NCBI GenBank assembly: GCA_038821645.1 | Contig: JAWBDT010000008.1 | Location: 29,256 to 59,181, forward strand | Length of the DNA stretch: 29,926 nt | Source: Ignisphaera sp. | GTDB taxonomy: Archaea; Thermoproteota; Thermoprotei_A; Sulfolobales; Ignisphaeraceae | Reading direction: 5' to 3' | In this document: positions 17,579 to 27,322 of the stretch, in pieces | Numbering within the stretch: position 1 is the first letter of the stretch | Layout: every line of letters begins with the position of its first letter | Position numbers and translations under genes: made by a program | The notes under the pieces: generated by a model | Seen by the model: the letters and a program-made list of their open reading frames with translations, nothing else | What the model was told of the DNA's origin: nothing | The model's database searches: none

Positions 17579-18859
17579 ATGTTGGATTTCAAGAGTTTTG
17601 TAGGTTTATTAGTGATAGTATATCTAGTTGGTATGTTGGTAATTAGGAGTAGAAAGCCCAGATTACCTGTATGGAGCATAATGGCTTTTTCTATGTTTAT
17701 GGTTCTGGCTACAGGTCTTGTTCCTGTTGATGATATGGGCTCTATGATTAGTATCGATGTTATTCTTTTCTTGATCGGTATGTTCAGTATTGTTGCTATT
17801 CTAGATTATTCTGGTGTTCTAGACTCTATTGCTGCATGGTTTATAGTGAGATTCGGAACTCGATACAGTATTCTTCTTGCTTTAAGCTTTATCTATGGAG
17901 TTCTTTCAGCATATACAGTTAACGATGCTCTAACTCTGATGGGTGTACCTATAGCTATATCTATTTCTAGAGCTATTGGCATAGATATAAAGATCATATT
18001 GCTACTTACAGCTTTCTCTATAACCATAGGTTCCGTTATGACGCCTGTAGGAAATCCCCAAAATATGTTGATATCCTCTTTATCAGGTATGCCTTCACCA
18101 TTTATACTGTTTCTAAAAAAGCTTACAATACCAACGTTAATCAATCTTATCGTAACACCCATAGTCTTGATCAAAATCTATAAGATCAAGAACAAGAAAA
18201 CAGGTTTAGGATTTGTGCCAGGAGAATTAATAAAAGATAAGAAGGAGGCTATCCTAGGTACAACATGTTTTGTAATAACTATAGCTCTCTTCATATTAAA
18301 CGATGTTCTCGAGACGTATGGATTTCCACATATATCGAGAAGAGGGTTTATACCATTCATAATCGCTAGTATAGCGTACATGTTTTCCAAACATCCTAGG
18401 AAAATACTTCAGAAAGTTAGTTGGGGTACTATAGTGTTCTTTATAGCTATGTTCATAACTATGGAAGGTATATGGAGAAGCGGAATACTGAATCCAGTTC
18501 TAGCATTTATCTTACCAACAAAAATAGAGGGACTTAGCGGAATACTCAGGATAACCATAGCCTCACTACTATTTAGTCAATTCTTAAGCAATGTACCATT
18601 CACAAAACTATTTATATCATACATGAAGAGTCTTGGATATACAGGTACAGATACAGATGTCTGGATAACGTTAGCTATGGCCACAACGATAGCGGGTAAT
18701 CTAACAATACTTGGAGCAGCATCAAACATAATTATGTTAGAAGTTGTAGAAGAAAGGAAAGGAAAATCAATAACATTTACAGAGTTCATGAAGATAGGAA
18801 CACTAATAACACTAATGAATACATGTATATATTTACCCTTCATATTCTTAATCAACTAA
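17579..18859 (+). CDS. ArsB/NhaD (ion transporter superfamily, CitMHS-like) anion permease
   Basis: Highly hydrophobic 426 aa with VNDA, GSVMTPVGNPQN, SNVP, AGNLTILGAASNII. Confidence 0.9.
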   Translation: MLDFKSFVGLLVIVYLVGMLVIRSRKPRLPVWSIMAFSMFMVLATGLVPVDDMGSMISIDVILFLIGMFSIVAILDYSGVLDSIAAWFIVRFGTRYSILLALSFIYGVLSAYTVNDALTLMGVPIAISISRAIGIDIKIILLLTAFSITIGSVMTPVGNPQNMLISSLSGMPSPFILFLKKLTIPTLINLIVTPIVLIKIYKIKNKKTGLGFVPGELIKDKKEAILGTTCFVITIALFILNDVLETYGFPHISRRGFIPFIIASIAYMFSKHPRKILQKVSWGTIVFFIAMFITMEGIWRSGILNPVLAFILPTKIEGLSGILRITIASLLFSQFLSNVPFTKLFISYMKSLGYTGTDTDVWITLAMATTIAGNLTILGAASNIIMLEVVEERKGKSITFTEFMKIGTLITLMNTCIYLPFIFLIN

Positions 18860-18940
18860 TTGTAGAAGCATTCTCTAAATGTTGAAGTAAATATTTTAGA
18901 CAATATTTCGATGTCTAGATTACGTAGATGATTTATACAT

Positions 18941-19348
18941 CTAATCTTCATCTCTAGGTAGCAAAACAATTGATATCAATACTAGACCTACAGTAATTGT
19001 GTATAGAAGTATACTGAAATCTATTTCTACGGTTATAGACATGCTATCCAATGGTATAGCTTGGACAACGTATCCAGAACCTAGTATCGAGAATAGGATT
19101 GCTATACCCAGCATCATATTCAGGAATCTTATCGGTAGTTTAATTGGGTAAATAACATAACGTTCAGCTATCCCTATACCCATGAAGAGAGCCAGAAATA
19201 CAGTATAAATTATTGGTGACGGTGTTTCTATAGGTAGACCTACCACTACCCTAATAATGTAGGGCACAATATAAACAAAGACTGCAACCATTATAGCTCC
19301 TTTCACTACTCCTAAAGCAGTATCTTTCACAATCCTCTTTATACTCAC
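18941..19348 (-). CDS. Hypothetical membrane protein (about 4 TM)
   Basis: 135-aa hydrophobic ORF whose GTG start overlaps the upstream stop by 1 nt, suggesting translational coupling. Confidence 0.7.
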   Translation of the reverse strand: MSIKRIVKDTALGVVKGAIMVAVFVYIVPYIIRVVVGLPIETPSPIIYTVFLALFMGIGIAERYVIYPIKLPIRFLNMMLGIAILFSILGSGYVVQAIPLDSMSITVEIDFSILLYTITVGLVLISIVLLPRDED

Positions 19349-19710
19349 TACCTAACCACCTGCTTCATTCTATATATTCCCGCTATCATGAACTCTATAT
19401 CGCAACACCTAGATTTCTCGAGAATTGTTGTAGGTAGTATAACCTCTTTTCTATATTCTCCAGAAACAACTTCATCAATTTCAAGTTCTTCTCCAGCAAT
19501 AGATATCCTAAAGTTTTTCAACATGATTTTTCCACTGTACTGTATAACAATAGTAGCAGATGAATGAGTTGAATTGATCATAGAGACCTCCCTCAGACTT
19601 ATCTTAAGCAATTCAGGATTACCTAAGGATTCTACGAAAAATATCACTAGAGGTTCTACTAGAGCTAGAATAAGCATCGTTATTGAAATACCTATAGCTA
19701 GCTTTATCAC
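19348..19710 (-). CDS. Hypothetical protein with N-terminal membrane anchor
   Basis: The track ORF runs to 19794 but overlaps the upstream gene. An AGGTG SD at the upstream stop suggests a start at GTG 19710 or at one of the ATT codons just before it. Confidence 0.6.
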   Translation of the reverse strand: MIKLAIGISITMLILALVEPLVIFFVESLGNPELLKISLREVSMINSTHSSATIVIQYSGKIMLKNFRISIAGEELEIDEVVSGEYRKEVILPTTILEKSRCCDIEFMIAGIYRMKQVVR

Positions 19711-19726
19711 AAAAATAATTAGACAC

Positions 19727-20020
19727 CTATTTCTCTTCTCCCTTCTTACTGTCTTCCTCTCTTCTTGCAAGCTGAATAAAGCTTTGCACACCATGTTTAA
19801 GAACTATACTACCTCCCCAGATACCTAAACCTAGAAAAGACAGCTTTATAACCAAATTGAGTAGCTCATAGACTGTATAAGTAATGGATTGCTCTAAGGT
19901 AGAGGCACGCGGCAAAATATTGCTATAGCTATTGTATGCTATAAATGCAAACACAACACCAACCACGACAATAGCAATACCAACAGCTATAAGTACAAGA
20001 GGTACTATACGGGGATTCAA
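19727..20020 (-). CDS. Hypothetical membrane protein (2 TM, charged tail)
   Basis: 97 aa, AGGTGGTGG SD before TTG. First gene of a three-gene run. Confidence 0.7.
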   Translation of the reverse strand: MNPRIVPLVLIAVGIAIVVVGVVFAFIAYNSYSNILPRASTLEQSITYTVYELLNLVIKLSFLGLGIWGGSIVLKHGVQSFIQLARREEDSKKGEEK

Positions 20021-20323
20021 AATACCACCACCTTATCTATGTTTCCAGAAGTTTATATATCTACATCTCGTGCTAACAATATCCAATAAACAAACAATCA
20101 CTATATGAACATCTAAGAGCATATTGTATACTAAATAGATGGCAAGTTCCATACTTTTATCAATACTTATAGAGAACAGTATAAAAAACAAGATGTTATC
20201 AAGTATCTCTATCACGAATTAAAACATCTTAGCTCTATACTAAAAATGTTCATCAACAAGATATGTTTTGTATAGAGAGATTCTTAACGTTTAAATAACA
20301 TCTATATCGATCATAAACATATC

Positions 20324-21349
20324 TTAGGTTCTGTATCGAGTTATTATCAGAGTTGTATGCTTCTTGTCATCTATATCTATAAGATAGCTTGATATTCTTT
20401 TGATTGCTGCAACTGTTTGACTTTCTATACATAACGCCCATACAGCATTTATCATAGCGCTATGAGCTCCTAGAGATGCTGATAATATTCCTGCTATTGT
20501 TCCAGCATCTATAGCTTCTCGAAAAATACTTGCTACAGATAGATAAGCTATTAGAGATATTGAGAGAGGCTGCACTATTAATCCTAATCCCCAGAACAGT
20601 CTATCGTACCACATAACGCTTCCCATGGCTTTTCTCCAAGACGATAATATATTGGTTATTCTGTTTCCATTCTGAATCCCATAAACAGCATCTCTTATTG
20701 CTGTAATGCTCAAGCTATAGCTTCTTCTTTCTTCTAATCGAATGGGCTCGACTTTTCTGCTATAGTATTCTGCTAAAGCTATATACGGTAGAAGAGTGAT
20801 TATAGCTACAATACCTATAGATTTATCGAAGTTGAGTACTGTAAATGCTGAAGAAATTCCTGTGAAAAGATTCGGTATAAATGTTGTTAATACTGCATTA
20901 ACATTCCATACAACAAAATCTATATCACTACTAATCTTACCCACAAGATCCTCTGGATTATCTCCATATTTTCTATAGATTATACGCTCCAACACTATCT
21001 TCTTAAGCTCAACAATACCTTCAGCAAGCTTAAGAAAATACCTATACAACATAAACTCCGTAGCTATATAGAGAATACCTGCAATAACAAATATCTCTAT
21101 ACCTATCCAAAGCTTGCTCCACGCACTATAATCATTATTCTTTACAGCATTAACTATATTAGCTATAGCGTTAGGTATTAGATTTCCGCCAACAATAGCA
21201 CGTATAGCAAAAACAAGCACCATTACCACTAATGCTAATTTAAACCCTTTAACAGTTGAAAAAAGACCGTTTTTCACGAAAGATAATAGTGTAGCTAGAT
21301 CAGATACAAGCTTGCTTTTATTAAGTATATCCGTTTTAATCTCACCCAA
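20324..21349 (-). CDS. Stand-alone ABC exporter-type transmembrane domain protein
   Basis: About 6 TM segments, DLVGKISSDID coupling-helix-like segment, AGTIAG and terminal AAIKRISSYL typical of ABC_membrane domains. No Walker motifs. Confidence 0.7.
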   Translation of the reverse strand: MGEIKTDILNKSKLVSDLATLLSFVKNGLFSTVKGFKLALVVMVLVFAIRAIVGGNLIPNAIANIVNAVKNNDYSAWSKLWIGIEIFVIAGILYIATEFMLYRYFLKLAEGIVELKKIVLERIIYRKYGDNPEDLVGKISSDIDFVVWNVNAVLTTFIPNLFTGISSAFTVLNFDKSIGIVAIITLLPYIALAEYYSRKVEPIRLEERRSYSLSITAIRDAVYGIQNGNRITNILSSWRKAMGSVMWYDRLFWGLGLIVQPLSISLIAYLSVASIFREAIDAGTIAGILSASLGAHSAMINAVWALCIESQTVAAIKRISSYLIDIDDKKHTTLIITRYRT

Positions 21350-21537
21350 TTACTTCCTCTGAATACTATGGTAATCTATTGTTGTCTTTAATCATACCTT
21401 ATAAGCATATTGCTTAACAACTGAAGCAACTGTTAGATAATACTGATTGTAAATAAAGTTGTATCAGCTCATATAATGAAGTCTAAGAAATAGATCTCCC
21501 TAAATGATTTAGATGTTATTGTGGTTTAGGAACCTAT

Positions 21538-22791
21538 CTATAGGCTCATCATTAGGTATGCCATGATCTTTGCATCCTCAACTATATTGTGTATTCTGCT
21601 ATACTCATTAGGCATATGCGCAGTATTGTCATGTGTTGCCCAAACAACAGCAGGTATGCCTAATCTCCTGAAGTATGCTGCAAGTGTTCCTCCACCTATA
21701 CCACCTATAACAGGATCTATATTCCTTAGTCTCCTTAATGCGTGTATAAGTGTTGTTACTATAGGTGAGTCTCTAGGTGTTGGTGGAGGGGCATCTAATC
21801 TATTCACTACCTCTATTTCTATCTCTGGATAATGTTTATCCTCTATTTCCCTGTAGAATATCTTCTTCATGTATTCCGCAATCTCTATAAAGCTATTCAA
21901 AACCATATCAACGCTGTATTCAGGTAGAATTCTACAGTCTATCACAACTTCGTGTTCTCTGGGAACAATATTTGGTGAACCTGCTGTGTTTCTAACCATA
22001 GTTGGTTCACATGTTGTATGAGGAGGATCAAAGAGACTATCCATACTGCTGAACCTGGTGTTTACCATAATGTTCACCATATGTAGATACTCTATCGCAA
22101 TTCTATGAGGATTAAAACCCTTGTTAGGGATACTAGCATGAACTTGAACGCCTATAAACCTCACCTTAAGCCAGAGGATACTCTTTTCGGCAATCTCTAT
22201 GAACCCCCCATCGCTTTTACCGAAATCTGGTACTAATGCAACATCTTTTCTACTGAAAAGCTCTGGATAATTATTCACAAGTAGCTCCATACCGTGTCTA
22301 GATCCAGCTTCTTCATCACTTACAAAAGCTAAAACAATTGTTCTTCTAGGTTTGATTCCACAATCTAGTAGCGATTTAGCGGCTATAAGTGAAGAAACTA
22401 TTGCCTGTCCATTATCTTCAGCACCTCTCCCATACACCTTTCCCTCAACAACCCTAGGCTCAAAAGGCTTAGTTACAGTCCATGCAGAAACATCACCTGG
22501 GGGAACAACATCTAGGTGTGAAACAATCCAGAACTTTTCATCAGATTCACCTCTTATAAACACAAGTACGTTTGGTCTAACACCATTCTTGGCTCTAAGA
22601 TCCTGAGAATAGATTATCTTCACATCATTAAGACCCCAGCTCCTTACTGTTTCAAGTATATACATCGCTTTATCATACTCACCTTCACCACCATATTCAG
22701 GATTCACACCTTGTCTCTCTATTACATCCATAAGCATCCTTACAGCATAATCTCTTAATTCCTCAATTCTATTGAAAATATGTTCGTACAA
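21538..22791 (-). CDS. M20 family metallo-hydrolase (ArgE/DapE-like)
   Basis: SHLDVVPPG, YGRGAEDNG, SDEEAGS, HAS.P, DCRILP, GIGGGT, AH.PNEY. TTG at 22791 follows GGTGA; the track start is 22815. Confidence 0.92.
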   Translation of the reverse strand: MYEHIFNRIEELRDYAVRMLMDVIERQGVNPEYGGEGEYDKAMYILETVRSWGLNDVKIIYSQDLRAKNGVRPNVLVFIRGESDEKFWIVSHLDVVPPGDVSAWTVTKPFEPRVVEGKVYGRGAEDNGQAIVSSLIAAKSLLDCGIKPRRTIVLAFVSDEEAGSRHGMELLVNNYPELFSRKDVALVPDFGKSDGGFIEIAEKSILWLKVRFIGVQVHASIPNKGFNPHRIAIEYLHMVNIMVNTRFSSMDSLFDPPHTTCEPTMVRNTAGSPNIVPREHEVVIDCRILPEYSVDMVLNSFIEIAEYMKKIFYREIEDKHYPEIEIEVVNRLDAPPPTPRDSPIVTTLIHALRRLRNIDPVIGGIGGGTLAAYFRRLGIPAVVWATHDNTAHMPNEYSRIHNIVEDAKIMAYLMMSL

Positions 22792-23157
22792 TCCATCACC
22801 CACTAAACACCACAAGATCTCAACGTTATATAGGCTTTCTTAGTTTAAATCCTATGTCTAGAGATCTTGATAAATATATCACTCATTTATATTCATCTTA
22901 TTACCCCTACCCACAACTATAATCCTTTATATCTATAAGTAAAAGCCTTAACATCATCAACACTTCAATTAGATTTTGTAACAAACAAAGTATCAAAATA
23001 ACCTTAACTAAGTGAACAACAAGCTACCACACTTATTTCTTCAAGCTATAGATCTCATACAAAATATTCATTCGTTATGGATATATAGATTCTCTATTTA
23101 TGAGAAATTAAAAGTCATTGTAACTTCATGTAGTTTAGCTCAATAATCTTGTACTAT

Positions 23158-23880
23158 CTATGGCTTTACTGTATAGTATAATCTCTTCTTGTTTCTACCC
23201 TTGTTTTCAGCCCTTAGGAATATTATCTCTCCTATCTCGTTTGTGTTCCTTACATGAGGTCCTCCATCTGCTTGTATATCTACGCCAGGTATCTCAACTA
23301 TTCTCAGTATCTCTACATCTGGAGGCATTCTTGAGGCAAGTTTAACTATACCAGGTATTTTTAGAGCTTCTTCTCTCTTCAGCCAGTAGATCTTAACCTC
23401 AAGTCCATTCCTAGCTATCTGATTAGCTTTATCTATGGCTTCACGGAATATCTCTGGTTTGAATTCTTCAAGACTATAGTCATCGTATGCTTTTTCAGGA
23501 TCTATATTTCCTCCAGTTATTAATGCACCATAGTCTTTATACATTATTGCAGAGAGGATATGTGCAGCTGTATGCATCCTCATTATCTTATATCTTCTCT
23601 CCCAATCTATTACACCTGTAACTCTATCTCCCACCTCTATGCCGTGGCTTGGAGTCTCTAGATAGTGAAGAACATCTCCACTCTCTTTATCTATCAACAC
23701 CTTAACTACTCTATATGTAGTACCATTCTTAATCAGAATCCCTGTATCATGTTCAAGACCACCACTACGAGGATTAAATGCAGTTCTATCAAGAACTAAA
23801 GCATTATCTACAACTTTCTGCACTATTGCTGTAAATTCTTTTATGTAGCTATCTTTTTGGTAAAGTAGTTCGGTAACCAT
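23158..23880 (-). CDS. alaXM: Alanyl-tRNA editing protein AlaX-M
   Basis: LLYQ.DSY..EF.A, LDRTAF.P..GG..HDTG, IDWERRY..MRMHTAAH, QADGGPHV.NT.EIG, NKG..KKR. Confidence 0.93.
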   Translation of the reverse strand: MVTELLYQKDSYIKEFTAIVQKVVDNALVLDRTAFNPRSGGLEHDTGILIKNGTTYRVVKVLIDKESGDVLHYLETPSHGIEVGDRVTGVIDWERRYKIMRMHTAAHILSAIMYKDYGALITGGNIDPEKAYDDYSLEEFKPEIFREAIDKANQIARNGLEVKIYWLKREEALKIPGIVKLASRMPPDVEILRIVEIPGVDIQADGGPHVRNTNEIGEIIFLRAENKGRNKKRLYYTVKP

Positions 23881-24587
23881 AACATCACCTAAGGTATCTC
23901 GATGCCTCAGAGTTATGTAATGTATAGCTACAATATAAACTGTAGAATAAATATATCTCTGTAATCATGTTCTCTATCTATTCTGTAGATTAATTCATCT
24001 ATAGATACTAATCAGCTATCTCAGATTTGTATACACACTCTAGAGATGTTCAAGAATATATGTTGCTTAGGTATCGATCTACGGAATCTATGTGATGATA
24101 GCTATTGACGATATATAGTTATCCAGAAATGTTCTTGCATTACACCAGAAGGTGGGATAAAATGCTATAATAGCTTATATAGGGAGCTAGAGTTGCTAAA
24201 GATTGTCTAAACACTATGTATCTTAAAGTCTCATCATAATCGATATCATGTCCATAATCTTTATTGATAGTTTCATCACCTTAGATTATAGAGATATATT
24301 TTTGACTACAATATAAAATGGTAAACTCTTTTAATTAACAAAATTCAAAAGCTTTGCTCTGGAATCTCTAGTTGTGTGGTTCAATTCAATAGATTGATGA
24401 AATAACCTATGTAGCAATACTAATGAGTAGAGATCTTATCTTCATTCATCAAGTAAATGATTAAGGCTATCGACATATGATTAACATATGTAATCTGGTT
24501 CATGCTAGATTTTAACCTCAGGTGTTACTAATTCTATAGCTATTGTTAATGAACCTAGAAGAATTATAAATACATATAATTGATTGG

Positions 24588-25778
24588 ATGATGTGTATGG
24601 AGATTACACAACCATTTGTTATAGCCATTCTGCTGACAGATGCTATTCTGTGGGGTATATGGTTTGGTGGTTTATGGAGCTATAGATCAGCTTTTGCTTC
24701 TAGATTAACAGAGAGTTATATCCATGTATCTATATCTTTTGCTATGCCTTTAGCATTATCATCGATTACCTATGTAATTGCCATAGCGAGGCAAGATTTT
24801 ATTAGAAGGTGTAGAGTTGAGTTCTTCAAAATATCTATTCTCTTGTCTCGAGTACTCTACGTACTATCCTCTCTAATAATATATGTAAATATTTTTAGTG
24901 GTTTAGAGCTTCTATACCTGTTCTCTATACTATTCTCAATAGGTTACGCAATTAGTTGTTTAGCAGGTATCGCGTGGACTGATTACGTAGCTGATAATAT
25001 TCATGATAGTTGGAAACCTAGGTATATAGCTCTAGACACTTCATTAAGTACTGTAGGTTCCTTGATAGGTACGTTAATTGCTGGAATGCTATTTCTAGAG
25101 AATGTAGATGTTTTAATGTATGGGAAACTATTTCTCATAATATCTATGTTATTCTTAACCGATATTCCATTGATACTAATGTTAAAAGAACTTACCATAC
25201 ACAATCAAATAAGGTTGCAAAGAAGATTTTTTGAGAGAAAATCTCCACTTATCCTCTATATAGCTATAGTTATACTCTATATATCGATAAACTTCTCTAC
25301 ATCACTAGTAGCACCATATATTATCTACAAACTCAATGGAGATGAGATGTGGATAACCATAATTAATGGAACAGGATTTATAGCGAGTCTTGTTATGCCT
25401 ATTGTGTGGAGCGAGACGCTAAAGAAAATATCCTCACTCACATTAGCTAGAATAAGCATAGTGATTTCAGCTATATCAAATATAGTTTTTCCATATCTAA
25501 AAACTCTAGAACTTCAGATCATAAGAACATTTATTGCAAGTGCAGGAGGTATAGGTATATGGATGTCTCTATTCAGCCACATAATACGTGATGTTGATGC
25601 AAGTCAAAGGATTCAACATAGTTCAACCATATTCTTAATTCAAAGTATTGCACCAGCTATAGCTGTAAATATCGGTGGAGTTATTGCGGATACTCTTGAT
25701 GCACCTGAACTAGTCTTTAAGTTATCTGTTCTAGCTTTCTTAACACTACCGCTTATAAAATCATATGAAGAGAAATAA
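24588..25778 (+). CDS. MFS-like membrane transporter
   Basis: 396 aa, about 12 hydrophobic segments in two halves, W.DYVAD.I...WKPRY loop. TATA-like TTATAAAT at 24564-24571. Confidence 0.75.
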   Translation: MMCMEITQPFVIAILLTDAILWGIWFGGLWSYRSAFASRLTESYIHVSISFAMPLALSSITYVIAIARQDFIRRCRVEFFKISILLSRVLYVLSSLIIYVNIFSGLELLYLFSILFSIGYAISCLAGIAWTDYVADNIHDSWKPRYIALDTSLSTVGSLIGTLIAGMLFLENVDVLMYGKLFLIISMLFLTDIPLILMLKELTIHNQIRLQRRFFERKSPLILYIAIVILYISINFSTSLVAPYIIYKLNGDEMWITIINGTGFIASLVMPIVWSETLKKISSLTLARISIVISAISNIVFPYLKTLELQIIRTFIASAGGIGIWMSLFSHIIRDVDASQRIQHSSTIFLIQSIAPAIAVNIGGVIADTLDAPELVFKLSVLAFLTLPLIKSYEEK

Positions 25779-25830
25779 CAATATCTGTTATTCTTATAGC
25801 AAAACACACTACATAGAACATGTAATGTGG

Positions 25831-27060
25831 TTAGAGCTCTATTCTCCTATGGTCTTTAGGTCCTATATGACCTACATTAGTTTGTACAATAACTGTTTCA
25901 AGTGCTTGTTCCTCTAGAATCTTTTTAACATTCAGCATTTCGGTGACGCTTGGTCTCTTTATATCTCTTCTTCTAAATGTTGGAAAATAGTCTAGCACTG
26001 TAACCTGCATCTTCTTATCTATAGAAGCTATCTTTCTTCCAGCTTCGGCAATTTCATCTAGAGACACCAGATCCTTGTTATACACCAATCCTACACCAAG
26101 ATATACCTTATCGCTATATCTCTCATAGATATATTCGATAGCTCTCCATACTGTCTCGAGATACTTTTTAGCTAAATCTCTATCATCAAGTCCGGTTATC
26201 TTCATATAGGTTTCAACTCTTGCACACTTCGGCTCAATACCTATGTTATTGCATCCAGCTTCAACAAGTTCATCTATGTAGCCTGGAACAAGTACAGTTC
26301 CATTGCTATCGAGATGTCTTCTAACCTTTGGATCAACTCTTCTGCTAACCTCTCTGAAGAACTCTACAAGCCATCTCCTATTTATAATCGGTTCACCACC
26401 ACTTATAGCAATACCTTTAGTGTTGTAGATCTTGTGACAATAAATAACAGCTACAGCAGCTTCTTTTGGTGTCATAGGTTGAGAAACATTATCGTATGTT
26501 GTAGAGTAGTTCTGACACTGAGGACATCTAAGGTTACATCCAGCAACCCATATAGCAGCTTCAACATAGTTAACGTAATCTACTTCCCACCAAGGTGTAG
26601 CTTTACCTCCAACGGTATGTGGAGAAGGTCCATGAACTATTCTGAGAGGTTCTAGACCATCTATAGAGGTTTCAATGTTCATACCATTTCTAACAGGAGT
26701 TATACATGTTCTCTCGAGATTTCCATCAATAACTAGAGCACAACTCCAACATCCACCAGTTCTACAACTTATTGAAGGTTTCCTAGAACCAGCATTTTCA
26801 AACCTAAATCCACAGTAGCTCTCTAGAGCTTCAGCTACAGTAATACTCCTTGGAACCTTGTACTCAACACCATCCACATATATCTTAACAAAATCTGTAT
26901 CAGTATGTTTGTAGAAGATTCTTCTAGCTTGATATGGACATGAATAGAGACACGAGAGACATCCAATACAATTATCGGGAGAATAACAGACATTAACTGT
27001 AGTACAGAAACCACATCTTTTACATCTACTGTGGTCTATAATGATGTTCTTGCACAACAT
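25831..27060 (-). CDS. Radical SAM protein (PflA/activase-like core) with N-terminal ferredoxin-type and [2Fe-2S] domains
   Basis: CKRCGFC..C and CIGCLSCLYSCP, then CRTGGCWSC..C, then GCNLRCPQCQN, SGGEP, DSNG. ATG at 27060; the track start is 27069. Confidence 0.9.
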   Translation of the reverse strand: MLCKNIIIDHSRCKRCGFCTTVNVCYSPDNCIGCLSCLYSCPYQARRIFYKHTDTDFVKIYVDGVEYKVPRSITVAEALESYCGFRFENAGSRKPSISCRTGGCWSCALVIDGNLERTCITPVRNGMNIETSIDGLEPLRIVHGPSPHTVGGKATPWWEVDYVNYVEAAIWVAGCNLRCPQCQNYSTTYDNVSQPMTPKEAAVAVIYCHKIYNTKGIAISGGEPIINRRWLVEFFREVSRRVDPKVRRHLDSNGTVLVPGYIDELVEAGCNNIGIEPKCARVETYMKITGLDDRDLAKKYLETVWRAIEYIYERYSDKVYLGVGLVYNKDLVSLDEIAEAGRKIASIDKKMQVTVLDYFPTFRRRDIKRPSVTEMLNVKKILEEQALETVIVQTNVGHIGPKDHRRIEL

Positions 27061-27322
27061 ATATACCAAAGATAGTTAGAGAGATGAAGACTATATATGG
27101 CTTTCCTAATGTAATTCAGTTTCATACATATCTATCGATAAAGTATTAACTTCTTACTGTAGCTACATTCTGTCTCTTGGTTTTTCATACAGTAGTTTCT
27201 GTAATGTAGTGATACATCAATTGTGAACTATTGATATAGCCATTCTGTGTATTATGAGATAAAGCTTGTGGAAAGGATAAATAGTCTAGCCATGGATATC
27301 TTCAACTTATGGTGAAAAAGAT

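Noticed and set aside
22860-23150. Strand-skewed spacer that might be a decayed gene
   Set aside because: No sustained reading frame or recognisable motif.
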